DNA of 64,000 nt from Candidatus Poribacteria bacterium (GCA_036339735.1 JAYZAL010000104.1:70833-134832), one strand, 5' to 3'. Shown: positions 51,746 through 61,672, numbered from the stretch's first letter. A program made the numbers and translations. The notes: generated from the letters alone by a model not told the origin.

Positions 51746-52302
51746 ATGAATATGAACGAAACAAAAAAACGCTATTGGGTGTATTTTTTATTGCTGTAAG
51801 TTTTAGTTGGATTGTTCTATGGGATCAGGCAGAAAGACAAAGGGATCTGGTAGATTGCGGCACCTACTTAGTAGAGACTGTGGGCGCCTGTGGCCACAGG
51901 TATATCCCTCGTATTGGTGCGGAACCTGACTATACCCATCATCTGTCAGGACACCCGTCTGATACGCCATTGCCACAATACGATAATAGTTTGTCGCAGA
52001 GTGGCGTCTTCTTTATGGTCACAGTTCATCAATGACGGCTTATAATTTGGTACGGTTTACGCTTCAAATTTAACACTCGATGAGGAAACTGGTATGGGTA
52101 TACTTGGAGCGAAACTATGTTTATCAAAGGATATCATATAAGGGAATACCAAGAAACGTCAGATTCTTCACCTATGCCTACTTGTTACTACAGAAATCTG
52201 AGTGAAACTGATTTGAAAGCCATTTGGGTTTACCTCCAAACCGTTAAACTCGTGAAAAATGAAATCCTACCTCCACTTAATTCCCGTGGTCGTCCTTATT
52301 AA
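51746..52302 (+). pseudogene. Decayed c-type cytochrome gene
   Basis: GTYLVETVGACGHRYIPR (degenerate CxxCH), FGTVYASNLTLDEETGMG, WSETMFIKG, PMP..YYRNLSETDLKAIWVYLQT in different frames. Confidence 0.75.
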
Positions 52303-52467
52303 AGAAAGCCTTTCTTTCACCATTAGACGATAATAAGTAAACTAGACCGAGGATGATTGCGTTTCGTGCAAAGTTGATTTACGAATTAGTTTGTCCTTGT
52401 GTCTTGATTGAATTTTGAATCTTTTTCTGCTGATTAATCAGAAGTGGCCGAATCGTGGCCGTAGGAG

Positions 52468-53595
52468 ATGTACAGTTGTATGCTGGACTTTTTTGTTTTT
52501 TTTCGTTCAACTAAGTTACTATTCACCCTGCCCCTTGTCTTATCGGTATTGGGGTCTGTCACAGAAGTAGTACAAGCTGGTGCGGGTCGGACTGGCGCAC
52601 AAATTCTCAATTTGGGAGGTGGTACTCGTGCAGCCTCGTTAGGAGATGCATTTTCCGCCATAAACGGGGACGTAACTGCACCTCTGTGGAATCCGAGTGG
52701 GCTAAACGGTATATCGAAATTACAAACTACGTTATCTTATAAAGATTACAGTCAGCTTTTTGGAGATGCTAGTGAGGGGCTATACTACGCTTTTTTTGCT
52801 GGTGCGACTCATCTCGATGGTCTTGGGACTATCGCTGGTACATTGCAGGTACAAGGGCAGGGTAAAATTGCTGTTACTACTAATTCACCGGAAGTTATTA
52901 GAGAAGAAGATCTTGGTACAAACTGGGTTTTAACAGCATCTTATGCCGATAAATTAACCAAAAATTTAGCGGCCGGCATCAGTGGGAAAATTATTCGCCA
53001 ACGACTTGCTCAGTATGGTGGAAGAGCTTACGCTATCGATTTTGGCGTACAATACGATATTCAAGAGTTATTCGTACCTGTCAGATTTGGAGTCGCTTTA
53101 CAAAATTGGGGTACGCGAATAAAGTTTAAAGATGAAAATCAAAGTGATCCATTGCCCAGAGCCTTGCGTATTGGAACTTTAGTTACCTTATTAGATGTGA
53201 AGCACCATTACATTAATTTAGTTACGGATCTAACTGCTGCTATTGACAAAATACAGGAAGATGACGAGGAAGGTGTTAAGGTCTATTTGGAAAATAACCC
53301 GGATATGACACGTGAACAGTTGATGGCCGATCGTGGAGTTGGTCTGCACGCCTTTCGTTGGAAACATCTACAAAAAAGCATTGGTCTCGAATATACGCTA
53401 GGTAAAATTCTCTACCTGCGAGCAGGTTACAAAAAAGACCCTGGGATGCCTACATTTCCCGAGTTTACCGACTATCTAACTTATGGTTTTGGGGCTAGGG
53501 TTTACTTTGGCCAATTGGATTTCGCTCAAGTACCAGGTGGAGGACCCAACAATAAGAGGCTCAACGTGTTTGCCCTGAGACTAATCTTCGACTAG
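52468..53595 (+). CDS. PorV/PorQ (UPF0164)-like outer-membrane beta-barrel protein
   Basis: GAQILNLGGGTRAASLGDAF, WNPSGL, AYAIDFGVQY, GVALQNWG, LPRALRIG, GLEY, LRAGY, C-terminal aromatic beta-strand. Confidence 0.8.
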   Translation: MYSCMLDFFVFFRSTKLLFTLPLVLSVLGSVTEVVQAGAGRTGAQILNLGGGTRAASLGDAFSAINGDVTAPLWNPSGLNGISKLQTTLSYKDYSQLFGDASEGLYYAFFAGATHLDGLGTIAGTLQVQGQGKIAVTTNSPEVIREEDLGTNWVLTASYADKLTKNLAAGISGKIIRQRLAQYGGRAYAIDFGVQYDIQELFVPVRFGVALQNWGTRIKFKDENQSDPLPRALRIGTLVTLLDVKHHYINLVTDLTAAIDKIQEDDEEGVKVYLENNPDMTREQLMADRGVGLHAFRWKHLQKSIGLEYTLGKILYLRAGYKKDPGMPTFPEFTDYLTYGFGARVYFGQLDFAQVPGGGPNNKRLNVFALRLIFD

Positions 53596-53612
53596 GATCA
53601 TAGTTCAATCTT

Positions 53613-54380
53613 ATGAAATACATATTTCTACTACTATTCTGGCTAGCAACAGCCGTTTCTACTGAATCGGCTGAACCAATTTCGCCTTTTTTAGTGCGTA
53701 ATTCATTGTCTTCGGTTTCATCAATACAACTCGTTAATTTTCAACAAGTTCCCCCGGAAGGTAAAGACGTTAATCGAGCATTTATACAGTCTTTAATTTT
53801 GCCAGGTACAGGACAGGTATATGCTGAATCTAAGCGTGGTTATGCTTGGCTGGGAGCAGAGGTCGCGTTGTTGGTATCGTATGTGATCATTCATCGGCAA
53901 GCTCGACAATTGAAGTCTGATTATGTTCAAGGTGTTAAGGATGGAGTCGCTTTCGATGGTCCGACTAAATTTGATCAGTGGAATATGGAAGATTTTGAAC
54001 ATGCTACCATGTATGATAACTGGTACAACGTATACAATGAATCAAGTGGTGAACCTTCACATCCCCGAATTGGCAAATGGTACTGGAAAGATCGAAAAGA
54101 GTTTAAAACCCAGAACCGAAAAGATCAGGCTGATTCGCCAGCTAGAGTAGTTGCTCTTCAGGCACGAAAAGATTCTAATCTTACCTACGAAAGAGCCAGA
54201 ACAGTCCTAGGTCTACTGATATTGAACCATGTTGCGAGTGCAATTGACGCAAGAATCTCCGCTAAAATATTCAACAAAAAATATCAACTAGGACACCATA
54301 TCAGGACGGGAATTTCTCCCCAACTAGCGACAAAAACCCCTCAGATCGAAATCACAAAACGCGTTGTATTCCGATTTTGA
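53613..54380 (+). CDS. Hypothetical exported/outer-membrane protein (DUF5683-like motif)
   Basis: Signal peptide, AFIQSLILPGTGQVY, NHVASAIDA, terminal VVFRF. Confidence 0.65.
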   Translation: MKYIFLLLFWLATAVSTESAEPISPFLVRNSLSSVSSIQLVNFQQVPPEGKDVNRAFIQSLILPGTGQVYAESKRGYAWLGAEVALLVSYVIIHRQARQLKSDYVQGVKDGVAFDGPTKFDQWNMEDFEHATMYDNWYNVYNESSGEPSHPRIGKWYWKDRKEFKTQNRKDQADSPARVVALQARKDSNLTYERARTVLGLLILNHVASAIDARISAKIFNKKYQLGHHIRTGISPQLATKTPQIEITKRVVFRF

Positions 54381-55938
54381 TCCCATTCGTTTAGAGCTAT
54401 ACAGAAACTTGCTGTCTTCTATTTCTGAAGAGATGGGGGGAGCCCTCTGCCGGTCTGCATTTTCATCAAACATAAAAGAACGTAGAGATTTCTCTTGTGC
54501 TGTTTTCGATAGCAATGGAAATATGGTAGCTCAAGCCGCACATATTCCTGTCCATTTAGGAGCAATGCCCCTTTCTGTTCAAAGTGCCATTGAACACTTT
54601 GAAATGGCCGAAGGCGACTCTATTTTAATCAATGATCCATACGCAGGTGGTACTCATCTTCCTGATTTCACATTAGTTTCACCCGTATACATTGGTGATA
54701 GTTTATCTTTTTTCGTTGCTAACCGAGCACATCACTCTGACGTGGGAGGTATGACCCCAGGTTCAATGCCTATTTCTCGTCATATTGTGCAAGAAGGTAT
54801 TCGTATTCCACCAGTCAAGTTGATTGATTCGGGTCATATGAATACCGATATATTATCTATGATTTTAGCTAATGTGAGGACACCAGTAGAGCGAAAGGGC
54901 GATTTAGATGCTCAAATAGCGGCCAACCACATTGGTCAAAAAAGATTAACAGAAATGACTATTAAATATGGTCTAAAAGATGTTAACCAGTATATGTCTA
55001 AACTGCAGGATTATAGTGAAAGAGTGATGAGGCAAAGGTTAATAGACATTCCCAATGGTCATTATGTAGCCACCGACTTTTTGGATAATGATGGTCTTTC
55101 TAATACTCCGGTACCAATTCAGGTTGCGATTACTATTACCGATGACTCAGCGACGGTAGATTTTTCTGGTAGTTCTCCTCAGGTAGAAGGCAGTGTGAAT
55201 GCGGTTTATTCTATAACCTTATCAGCCATTTTTTATGTTTTTAGGTCTTTGATTACAGACGAAATCCCTACTAATTCAGGTTGCCTAAGACCTATTAAAA
55301 TCATTGTTCCAACTAGGAGTGTAGTCAATGCCCAATTCCCAGCAGCTGTTGCTGGTGGAAATGTGGAGACTTCACAAAGGATAGTGGACGTATTACTACG
55401 TGCACTTGCTGAGGCTAATCCTCAAACGATTCCAGCCGCAAGTTCAGGGACAATGAATAACTTGACGATTGGTGGACTTAAAAATGAAAAGGATTTTGCT
55501 TATTATGAGACAATCGGTGGGGGAATGGGAGCTCGATACTACAAAGATGGTATCTCAGCTATTCAAACTCATATGACTAATACTCTAAATACGCCAATTG
55601 AAGCTATAGAAACAACGTATCCTTTTCAGATTGATAAATATGCTATTCGTCGAGGTAGTGGAGGAACTGGTAGAAAATGCGGAGGTGATGGGATCATCCG
55701 CGTATTTCGTCTATTGACAACGGCTGAAGTAACAATGTTATCTGAACGACGAGAAACTGCACCATATGGTTTACAGGGCGGTACCACCGGTAAAATTGGA
55801 AAAAACACATTGATTCGTTCAACTCAAAAAATCAGTCTGGGAGGTAAATTTAGCTTGGTAGCAAGACCTAATGATATCTTCCAAATCGAGACTCCTGGCG
55901 GTGGAGGACATGGTAAACCAGATGAACTAAATTCATAA
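54364..55938 (+). CDS. Hydantoinase B / 5-oxoprolinase subunit B
   Basis: RSAFSSNIKERRDFSCAVFD, HIPVHLG, NDPYAGGTHLPD, HHSDVGG, GGNVETSQR, TPGGGG. Confidence 0.93.
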   Translation: MYSDFDPIRLELYRNLLSSISEEMGGALCRSAFSSNIKERRDFSCAVFDSNGNMVAQAAHIPVHLGAMPLSVQSAIEHFEMAEGDSILINDPYAGGTHLPDFTLVSPVYIGDSLSFFVANRAHHSDVGGMTPGSMPISRHIVQEGIRIPPVKLIDSGHMNTDILSMILANVRTPVERKGDLDAQIAANHIGQKRLTEMTIKYGLKDVNQYMSKLQDYSERVMRQRLIDIPNGHYVATDFLDNDGLSNTPVPIQVAITITDDSATVDFSGSSPQVEGSVNAVYSITLSAIFYVFRSLITDEIPTNSGCLRPIKIIVPTRSVVNAQFPAAVAGGNVETSQRIVDVLLRALAEANPQTIPAASSGTMNNLTIGGLKNEKDFAYYETIGGGMGARYYKDGISAIQTHMTNTLNTPIEAIETTYPFQIDKYAIRRGSGGTGRKCGGDGIIRVFRLLTTAEVTMLSERRETAPYGLQGGTTGKIGKNTLIRSTQKISLGGKFSLVARPNDIFQIETPGGGGHGKPDELNS

Positions 55939-56352
55939 TTCAATTGCAAAATTTGTCTATACTATTTCGAATCGATACATCATATAAATCATGGACTGGA
56001 TCAAGTGAGATTTAATCATTTTTTAATAACGTACTAAAAAACGGTTTGGATAAGCTCTAATCAGTCTGAACAAATGTCAAATAAGGCTAAAAAAGAGTAG
56101 CGAAAAATCGGAGAATAAAGAAAAAGTTGCGTTTATGTCTGAAGTATCTAAGGAATAGATTCATTGTCCCATTAAGCTAAGTTTTCCTTATCTCTTGAGA
56201 CGAATTTTTATGTCAATCAAATGTGTTAAGTACATCTACTAATTAGTAATTATGATTTTCCTTTTCAGGTAATCAGCATAATTGTCAAAATAGAAATTTG
56301 GTAGTTGAGCGTATTGAGTGGTAAGATAGTTTGAGTTTAAGCCTGAGAAAAA

Positions 56353-58734
56353 ATGAAAAAACTATCAACGTATCGTGATCTGATTTATTCTTATTGCGGA
56401 AAGAGATTTTGTCTAATAATTTTCATTTGTTTCATTTTAACTCTGTCGACTCCTGCAGAATCGCAACTCGGGTTTAGGTTGCCAGAAACATCAGTTGCTA
56501 CTAGCGACGGTGCTCTGGCATCATTTTTCAACCCAGCAGGTTTGGGACATAATCAAACAATTGATTTTTATTACTTAAGAACTATGAACTCTCCGCCTCG
56601 TCAGTACAGTCGAAGTGCATATTTTCTTGGCCTATACAATTTAGGTTTGGCGGTAGAAAATATGGATAAAGGAAATCAACTAACCATTGCTACTAGTTCT
56701 TTACTTCGTAGCGGTATTTCAATCGGTACGAGTTGTAGCTGGACTAGAATTGACAGTAAAAATCAGGATCGGATTTGGTCTCTCGGTATGCTCTATCGTC
56801 GGCATTTCTTTTCAGCAGGTCTCGTAATACGAGATTTGAGCCGTCGCCCCCAAGCACCCCATTTCATCCGCAGGAATCAATTCGGATCTCAATTTTTAAA
56901 CAATTACGGTAGAACTATGGACGTTGGTATTGCTGTTCGTCCTAGTACTTCACGCATGACACTATCTTGTGACTGGCGTGGTATGGGCAATGCTTTCACA
57001 GATGGATACAAATTGACTGACCATCTGTTTTTGGGGGTCGAACTTCGACCGATTGATACACTAATTCTCAAAGCAGGACGGACCGCCGACAAGTATGAAG
57101 TCCAATTTCAATTGAATTTAGCTCAATTTGGCATAGGTGGATATCGCTCCATCTTGACTGGCAAGAAGTCCAAGTCTAACAATATTGGTTTCATTAATTT
57201 TACGCATGCACACAAAACTAAACCTGTTCGTCGTAGTTTTTACCTTGATCTAAATGCTAACGAAATCGAAACGGCATTGGAACTCTCTACCCAAGATCCA
57301 CGGGTTCAAGGAGCGATAATACGCTTTGAACCAACTGGTCTTGGGTTGGCTAAAGTCCAAGAACTACGACAAAAAATTACGAATTTTCGTCAACGAGGTA
57401 AAAAAGTATACGCTTATTTGGAAGGGCAATGCTCAACAGGAGACTATCTGCTTGCAAGTGCTTGTAACGAAATACTAGTTCACCCTTCTAGCTTGATCAA
57501 TCTAATCGGAATTCGTTTTGAAGTTTCTTTTTATCATGACTTTTTAGAAGAATTAGGGATTGAGATTGAAGCCATTAGTGTAGGACAGTATAAAAATGCA
57601 CCTGATTCATTCACGAAAACAGAAATGACCGAATCTCACCGAGAATCGTTGACAACTGTTTTAGATGATCTATACAGTCAAATAACACAGGATATAGCTC
57701 AAGGCCGTAGACAGTCAATTAAACAAGTCAAATTGATGATAGACGATGGACCCTACACTGCTAGAAGAGCTGTAAGAAATCGGGTCGCTGACAGGATTAT
57801 TACTCGGCAACAATTGGAAAATGTGTTCAATAGTAAGCGACTAACAGATTCTACAGGCTTGGATCTATTAGAATATAACTGGCAAACACCCAAACCAAAA
57901 ATTGTTGTTATCGAAGCCATCGGCAACATGGTCACTGGAAAAAGTGTCAATTCGTTTTTGGGTCCATCTATTATGGGGGCAGACACAATAGCCCGAGCAA
58001 TACAATCAGCTACTGATGATGATGCAGTTAAGGCTGTTGTCTTACGTGTGGATAGTGGTGGTGGAATGGTTTTAGCCGCGGATATTATTTGGCAGGCCCT
58101 CGTCCGTTTGAAAAAGGCTAATAAACCACTGGTAGTATCCATGGCTAGTACTGCCGCTTCCGGTGGCTATTACATTGCGGCTCCTGCAGACCGAATTTTC
58201 GCTAACCCCGCAACAATTACTGGTTCGATTGGTGTTTTTGGTATGAAACCAGTAATTACGGATCTTTACCAGAAATTGAGTATTAACCACAAAATTATAA
58301 AACGAGGTAAAAACGCCGATATTTGGAGCATTCATCACAAATCAACTCAAAGACAGCAAGAAAAGCTTCAAATCGATCTCCAAGAGATATACAAAGACTT
58401 CGTTCAAAAAGTAGCCGACGGCCGCAATTTATCAGTCGCTCGAGTGGATCAAGTATCCAGAGGAAGAATTTGGTCGGGTCGTCAGGCACTTGATAATGGT
58501 TTGGTTGATCAATTAGGTTGTGAAGCAGACGCTATTCTGGCAGCGCAGCAACTAGCAGGCCTCGACCCTAGCCAAACCGACATTCAGAGGTTTTCATCTA
58601 AGACCTCATTTTTTCAATCTTGGGTTACAGGATGGTTAACTATGAGGCAAACTAGATGGCAGCCGCCGCTACTGGTATCGATGTTACAAAATCGACTTTG
58701 GTTTTTAACCCCTTATCAACTAAAAACTGACTGA
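56353..58734 (+). CDS. sppA: Signal peptide peptidase SppA (S49) with an extra N-terminal beta-strand-rich domain
   Basis: YLLASAC, GQYKNA, LRVDSGGG, SMASTAASGGYY, TITGSIGVF, GRIWSGRQA; the N-terminal ~250 aa carry NPAGL and amphipathic strands. Confidence 0.88.
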   Translation: MKKLSTYRDLIYSYCGKRFCLIIFICFILTLSTPAESQLGFRLPETSVATSDGALASFFNPAGLGHNQTIDFYYLRTMNSPPRQYSRSAYFLGLYNLGLAVENMDKGNQLTIATSSLLRSGISIGTSCSWTRIDSKNQDRIWSLGMLYRRHFFSAGLVIRDLSRRPQAPHFIRRNQFGSQFLNNYGRTMDVGIAVRPSTSRMTLSCDWRGMGNAFTDGYKLTDHLFLGVELRPIDTLILKAGRTADKYEVQFQLNLAQFGIGGYRSILTGKKSKSNNIGFINFTHAHKTKPVRRSFYLDLNANEIETALELSTQDPRVQGAIIRFEPTGLGLAKVQELRQKITNFRQRGKKVYAYLEGQCSTGDYLLASACNEILVHPSSLINLIGIRFEVSFYHDFLEELGIEIEAISVGQYKNAPDSFTKTEMTESHRESLTTVLDDLYSQITQDIAQGRRQSIKQVKLMIDDGPYTARRAVRNRVADRIITRQQLENVFNSKRLTDSTGLDLLEYNWQTPKPKIVVIEAIGNMVTGKSVNSFLGPSIMGADTIARAIQSATDDDAVKAVVLRVDSGGGMVLAADIIWQALVRLKKANKPLVVSMASTAASGGYYIAAPADRIFANPATITGSIGVFGMKPVITDLYQKLSINHKIIKRGKNADIWSIHHKSTQRQQEKLQIDLQEIYKDFVQKVADGRNLSVARVDQVSRGRIWSGRQALDNGLVDQLGCEADAILAAQQLAGLDPSQTDIQRFSSKTSFFQSWVTGWLTMRQTRWQPPLLVSMLQNRLWFLTPYQLKTD

Positions 58735-58764
58735 TTTTAATACAAATTCGTTCTTCAATATAAA

Positions 58765-59409
58765 ATGATAGATAATCAAATTTTTCAAAGGCAACGCGCA
58801 AGAATGGTTGATAAGCAAATCCATTGGCGTGGTATTCAATCGAAAATTGTATTATCAGCTATGCAAAAAGTACCTCGACATGAGTTTGTTCCTAGTAGCC
58901 AGATCAATGAAGCGTATGAAGATCAAGCCATGCCAATTGGTTTTGATCAAACTATATCACAACCTTATATAGTAGCTTTGATGACTTCATTATTGGATTT
59001 ACAAACCTATGACAGAGTTTTGGAGATTGGTACTGGTTGTGGGTATCAAACTGCTATATTAGCTCAAATTGTTAACCAAGTTTATACAATCGAGCTTATC
59101 GATCAACTGGCACAACAAGCTTGGGATAGATTGACTCGTTTAGGGTACGAAAATATCGCTTGGAAAGTTGGGAATGGTTACCTGGGTTGGGTTGGTAGTG
59201 CACCATTCGACAGAATTATTGTTACTGCTGCCCCACCTACGATCCCTCCTCAATTGATTGAGCAACTAAGAATTGGTGGAAAAATGATTTTACCGGTAGG
59301 ACTAAACACGCAAGAACTTGTGATGGTTACTAGATTGGAAAAAGGTATTAAGCAGAAATTTTGTGGCAGCGTTCGTTTCGTTCCTATGAAAAATAAACCA
59401 CAGGATTAG
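58765..59409 (+). CDS. pcm: Protein-L-isoaspartate O-methyltransferase
   Basis: VPRHEFV, QTISQPYIVA, VLEIGTGCGYQ, APFDRIIVTAA, VRFVPM. Confidence 0.96.
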   Translation: MIDNQIFQRQRARMVDKQIHWRGIQSKIVLSAMQKVPRHEFVPSSQINEAYEDQAMPIGFDQTISQPYIVALMTSLLDLQTYDRVLEIGTGCGYQTAILAQIVNQVYTIELIDQLAQQAWDRLTRLGYENIAWKVGNGYLGWVGSAPFDRIIVTAAPPTIPPQLIEQLRIGGKMILPVGLNTQELVMVTRLEKGIKQKFCGSVRFVPMKNKPQD

Positions 59410-59431
59410 TGAAACCTTAGAACAAGAAAAA

Positions 59432-60325
59432 ATGCAAACTGCTTACGATTACTTAGACCCACTTGCACTATCACAACTAGGCAACTTAGAACTTATCGCT
59501 CGATTAGTAGTAGAAGGCTTTGTAACAGGTTTACACAAGAGCCCGCACCAAGGGTTCAATGTAGAGTTTTCAGAACATCGTCAATATATGCCCGGTGATG
59601 AAATTCGACACATTGATTGGAAAGTATTTGGCAAATCTGACAGATATTACATCAAGAAATTTGAAGAGGAAACCAATTTACGTGTGTACCTAGTTTTGGA
59701 TGCTAGTCGGTCGATGGCGTACAAATTTGACGACAGTAGTGTGACTAAATTGAGGTACGGATGTTGCCTAGTTGCCGCACTAACTTATCTAATGCTACAG
59801 CAAAGAGACTCTGTAGGATTAGTAACATTTGACCAAAAGATTCGCGATTATATTCCTCCACGTAGTGTGTCTACACATCTACAAGCAATCGTATCGAAAC
59901 TCCAAGATACGGTGGCAGGGAGTGAAACTGACTTGAGCCAAGTTTTAGCAGATCTGGCTAAACGAATCGAAAGACGAGGGCTAGTTATAGTTATTTCCGA
60001 CTTACTTGATCGACCCGACGAAGTCTTATCTGCTTTGAAACTCTTCCGGTATCGAAAACACGAAGTAATTGTATTTCATCTGCTTGACCAAGCAGAGAAA
60101 AACTTCCCCTTTCAAGGATCAATTTCTTTCGAAGATATGGAAACCGGTGATCAAGTTACCACCCAAGCCGAAAGGCTAAGGGAAAGTTACCTGACACAAC
60201 TTCGTTCTTGTATCCAGAGCTATGAACGGGGATGTGGTAATAACAAGATCGACTACTTCCAGATTGAAACTACTACACCGTTTGACCAATCTTTGTCCGC
60301 ATACTTATCCCATCGGTGGCACTAA
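59432..60325 (+). CDS. DUF58 domain protein (vWA-like, MoxR-associated)
   Basis: GLHKSP..GFNVEFSEHRQY.PGDE.RHIDWK, FEEET, LDASRSM, VISDL. Confidence 0.92.
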   Translation: MQTAYDYLDPLALSQLGNLELIARLVVEGFVTGLHKSPHQGFNVEFSEHRQYMPGDEIRHIDWKVFGKSDRYYIKKFEEETNLRVYLVLDASRSMAYKFDDSSVTKLRYGCCLVAALTYLMLQQRDSVGLVTFDQKIRDYIPPRSVSTHLQAIVSKLQDTVAGSETDLSQVLADLAKRIERRGLVIVISDLLDRPDEVLSALKLFRYRKHEVIVFHLLDQAEKNFPFQGSISFEDMETGDQVTTQAERLRESYLTQLRSCIQSYERGCGNNKIDYFQIETTTPFDQSLSAYLSHRWH

Positions 60326-60370
60326 ATCTCGGATAAGCCATAATGAGCATTAAGTATGGATGGGGTGTAT

Positions 60371-61411
60371 CTAGCGAGAAATCTTGATGTCACTCCAAGT
60401 GGTCGTAATCTTTCCTCTGGGAGCAACTGCAACCTCGTCTGTTCCGATCTGAAATGCTACGTTTTCTAGGCCAACAGTTTCTCCTCTCAGTTTAGGTAGA
60501 AAGCTACTTTGAGAATTCCAGATTGACATGATTTGGCTGTTTCCATCGGTTAATTGGATATTATCCACAAGAAGAACAAACAATCCTCTTTTACCACTAT
60601 CACCCTCTGTTCCTATTGAAATAGCAGAGATCGTTTTTCCCGCGATTGAATCAAGTGGTAGTTTTCTGTGTACCCAACCATCATTTTCAATTAACCGCAT
60701 CTGTTGCACTTCGTTACTGGGTTCCAAAATATCGCCTTCTTTTGTCATTACATAAACCCCACCAACTTTGTATGGGTTAGAAGTAGCAAACTTTGATTGG
60801 TATTCGATAAATTGTCCTTTTTCAGCTTGAATTCCTTGCTCATTGTTCCATACATCGGCCAAGCCTTTTACGGGTTCACCATTCTCTCTGATTTCGGCTT
60901 TGAAGGTCAGTATTTGTCCACCTTCTTCGTGTTCCGTGGCAACAGGAATCTTTTCTGTTAATAACTTCATGCCAATTGTTTTGGCTGGAATGTTATTTGC
61001 CTCAGGATCTGACAGTTTGACTTCAGACAGATTAAGAGCTGAGTCCCGCTTTGCCAGAATCTCGAAAGTTGCAATTGCTAGAGTTCCGTTCGCCAATTCT
61101 GAGGCATTTCCGAGAGAAGTTGCTCCGAACAAAACTTCGCCTGGCACTTCTGTTTTAGCCGGTACAGCAAAGGACTGAGCCGGGAGGAAATTGGCGTTTT
61201 CAAGACTAACAAATTTGACAGCCGTTTCATCAAAAATCAATTTGAACTGATAAGCTAAAACATTTTTTGCTTCTGAGATGCTGATATTACACTCGACTGT
61301 CTTTCCAACGGCCATGATAGTAACTTCAGCCGGATCAATATAAACAGTAGTTTGTGAAAAAACAGCTGTACAAAATAAGAAAACAGCTAACAAAAGGGCT
61401 ACATGTCGCAT
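60371..61411 (-). CDS. Secreted cohesin-domain protein with short C-terminal motif
   Basis: Signal peptide; NVLAYQFKLIFD, GTLAIATFEIL, LNLSEVKLSD (cohesin-like); ends AVAPRGKITTTWSDIKISR; AAGGAG RBS. Confidence 0.75.
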   Translation of the reverse strand: MRHVALLLAVFLFCTAVFSQTTVYIDPAEVTIMAVGKTVECNISISEAKNVLAYQFKLIFDETAVKFVSLENANFLPAQSFAVPAKTEVPGEVLFGATSLGNASELANGTLAIATFEILAKRDSALNLSEVKLSDPEANNIPAKTIGMKLLTEKIPVATEHEEGGQILTFKAEIRENGEPVKGLADVWNNEQGIQAEKGQFIEYQSKFATSNPYKVGGVYVMTKEGDILEPSNEVQQMRLIENDGWVHRKLPLDSIAGKTISAISIGTEGDSGKRGLFVLLVDNIQLTDGNSQIMSIWNSQSSFLPKLRGETVGLENVAFQIGTDEVAVAPRGKITTTWSDIKISR

Positions 61412-61672
61412 AGTTGGTTCTCCTTAGGATTTACATTTAAGAAAAAAACGACCGCCTGTGCATTGTATCATAATTTATGCACAGAATACATTAACATTAA
61501 CTAGGTACCCACACCATTAGGCTACTGCTGATTGAAATCTGTTATACTTTTGTCCTTTGTTAAATAAGTGTAAGTATTGGGACCAATATTTTTGACGGTT
61601 GAAAATATAATTTATTAAAACACGAAAAAATTGGGCCTAATACTGAGTGTATTCATGTAGAGGAGTGAGAAA

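Noticed and set aside
52033-52035. TGA in the cytochrome c region as a second selenocysteine codon
   Set aside because: Not at a Cys position, no SECIS-like hairpin, and surrounded by frameshifts
52301-52318. AAAGAAAG-C-CTTTCTTT as a terminator
   Set aside because: AU-rich stem with a minimal loop; too weak to call
786-61178. Many short (60-130 aa) ORFs overlapping larger genes, e.g. 8198..8542, 57753..58142, 60843..61178
   Set aside because: Antisense or alternate-frame shadows of well-supported genes, with no motifs or RBS
61456-61484. Inverted repeat CTGTGCAT-N13-ATGCACAG between divergent genes
   Set aside because: Single 8-bp repeat with no second copy or regulator to tie it to
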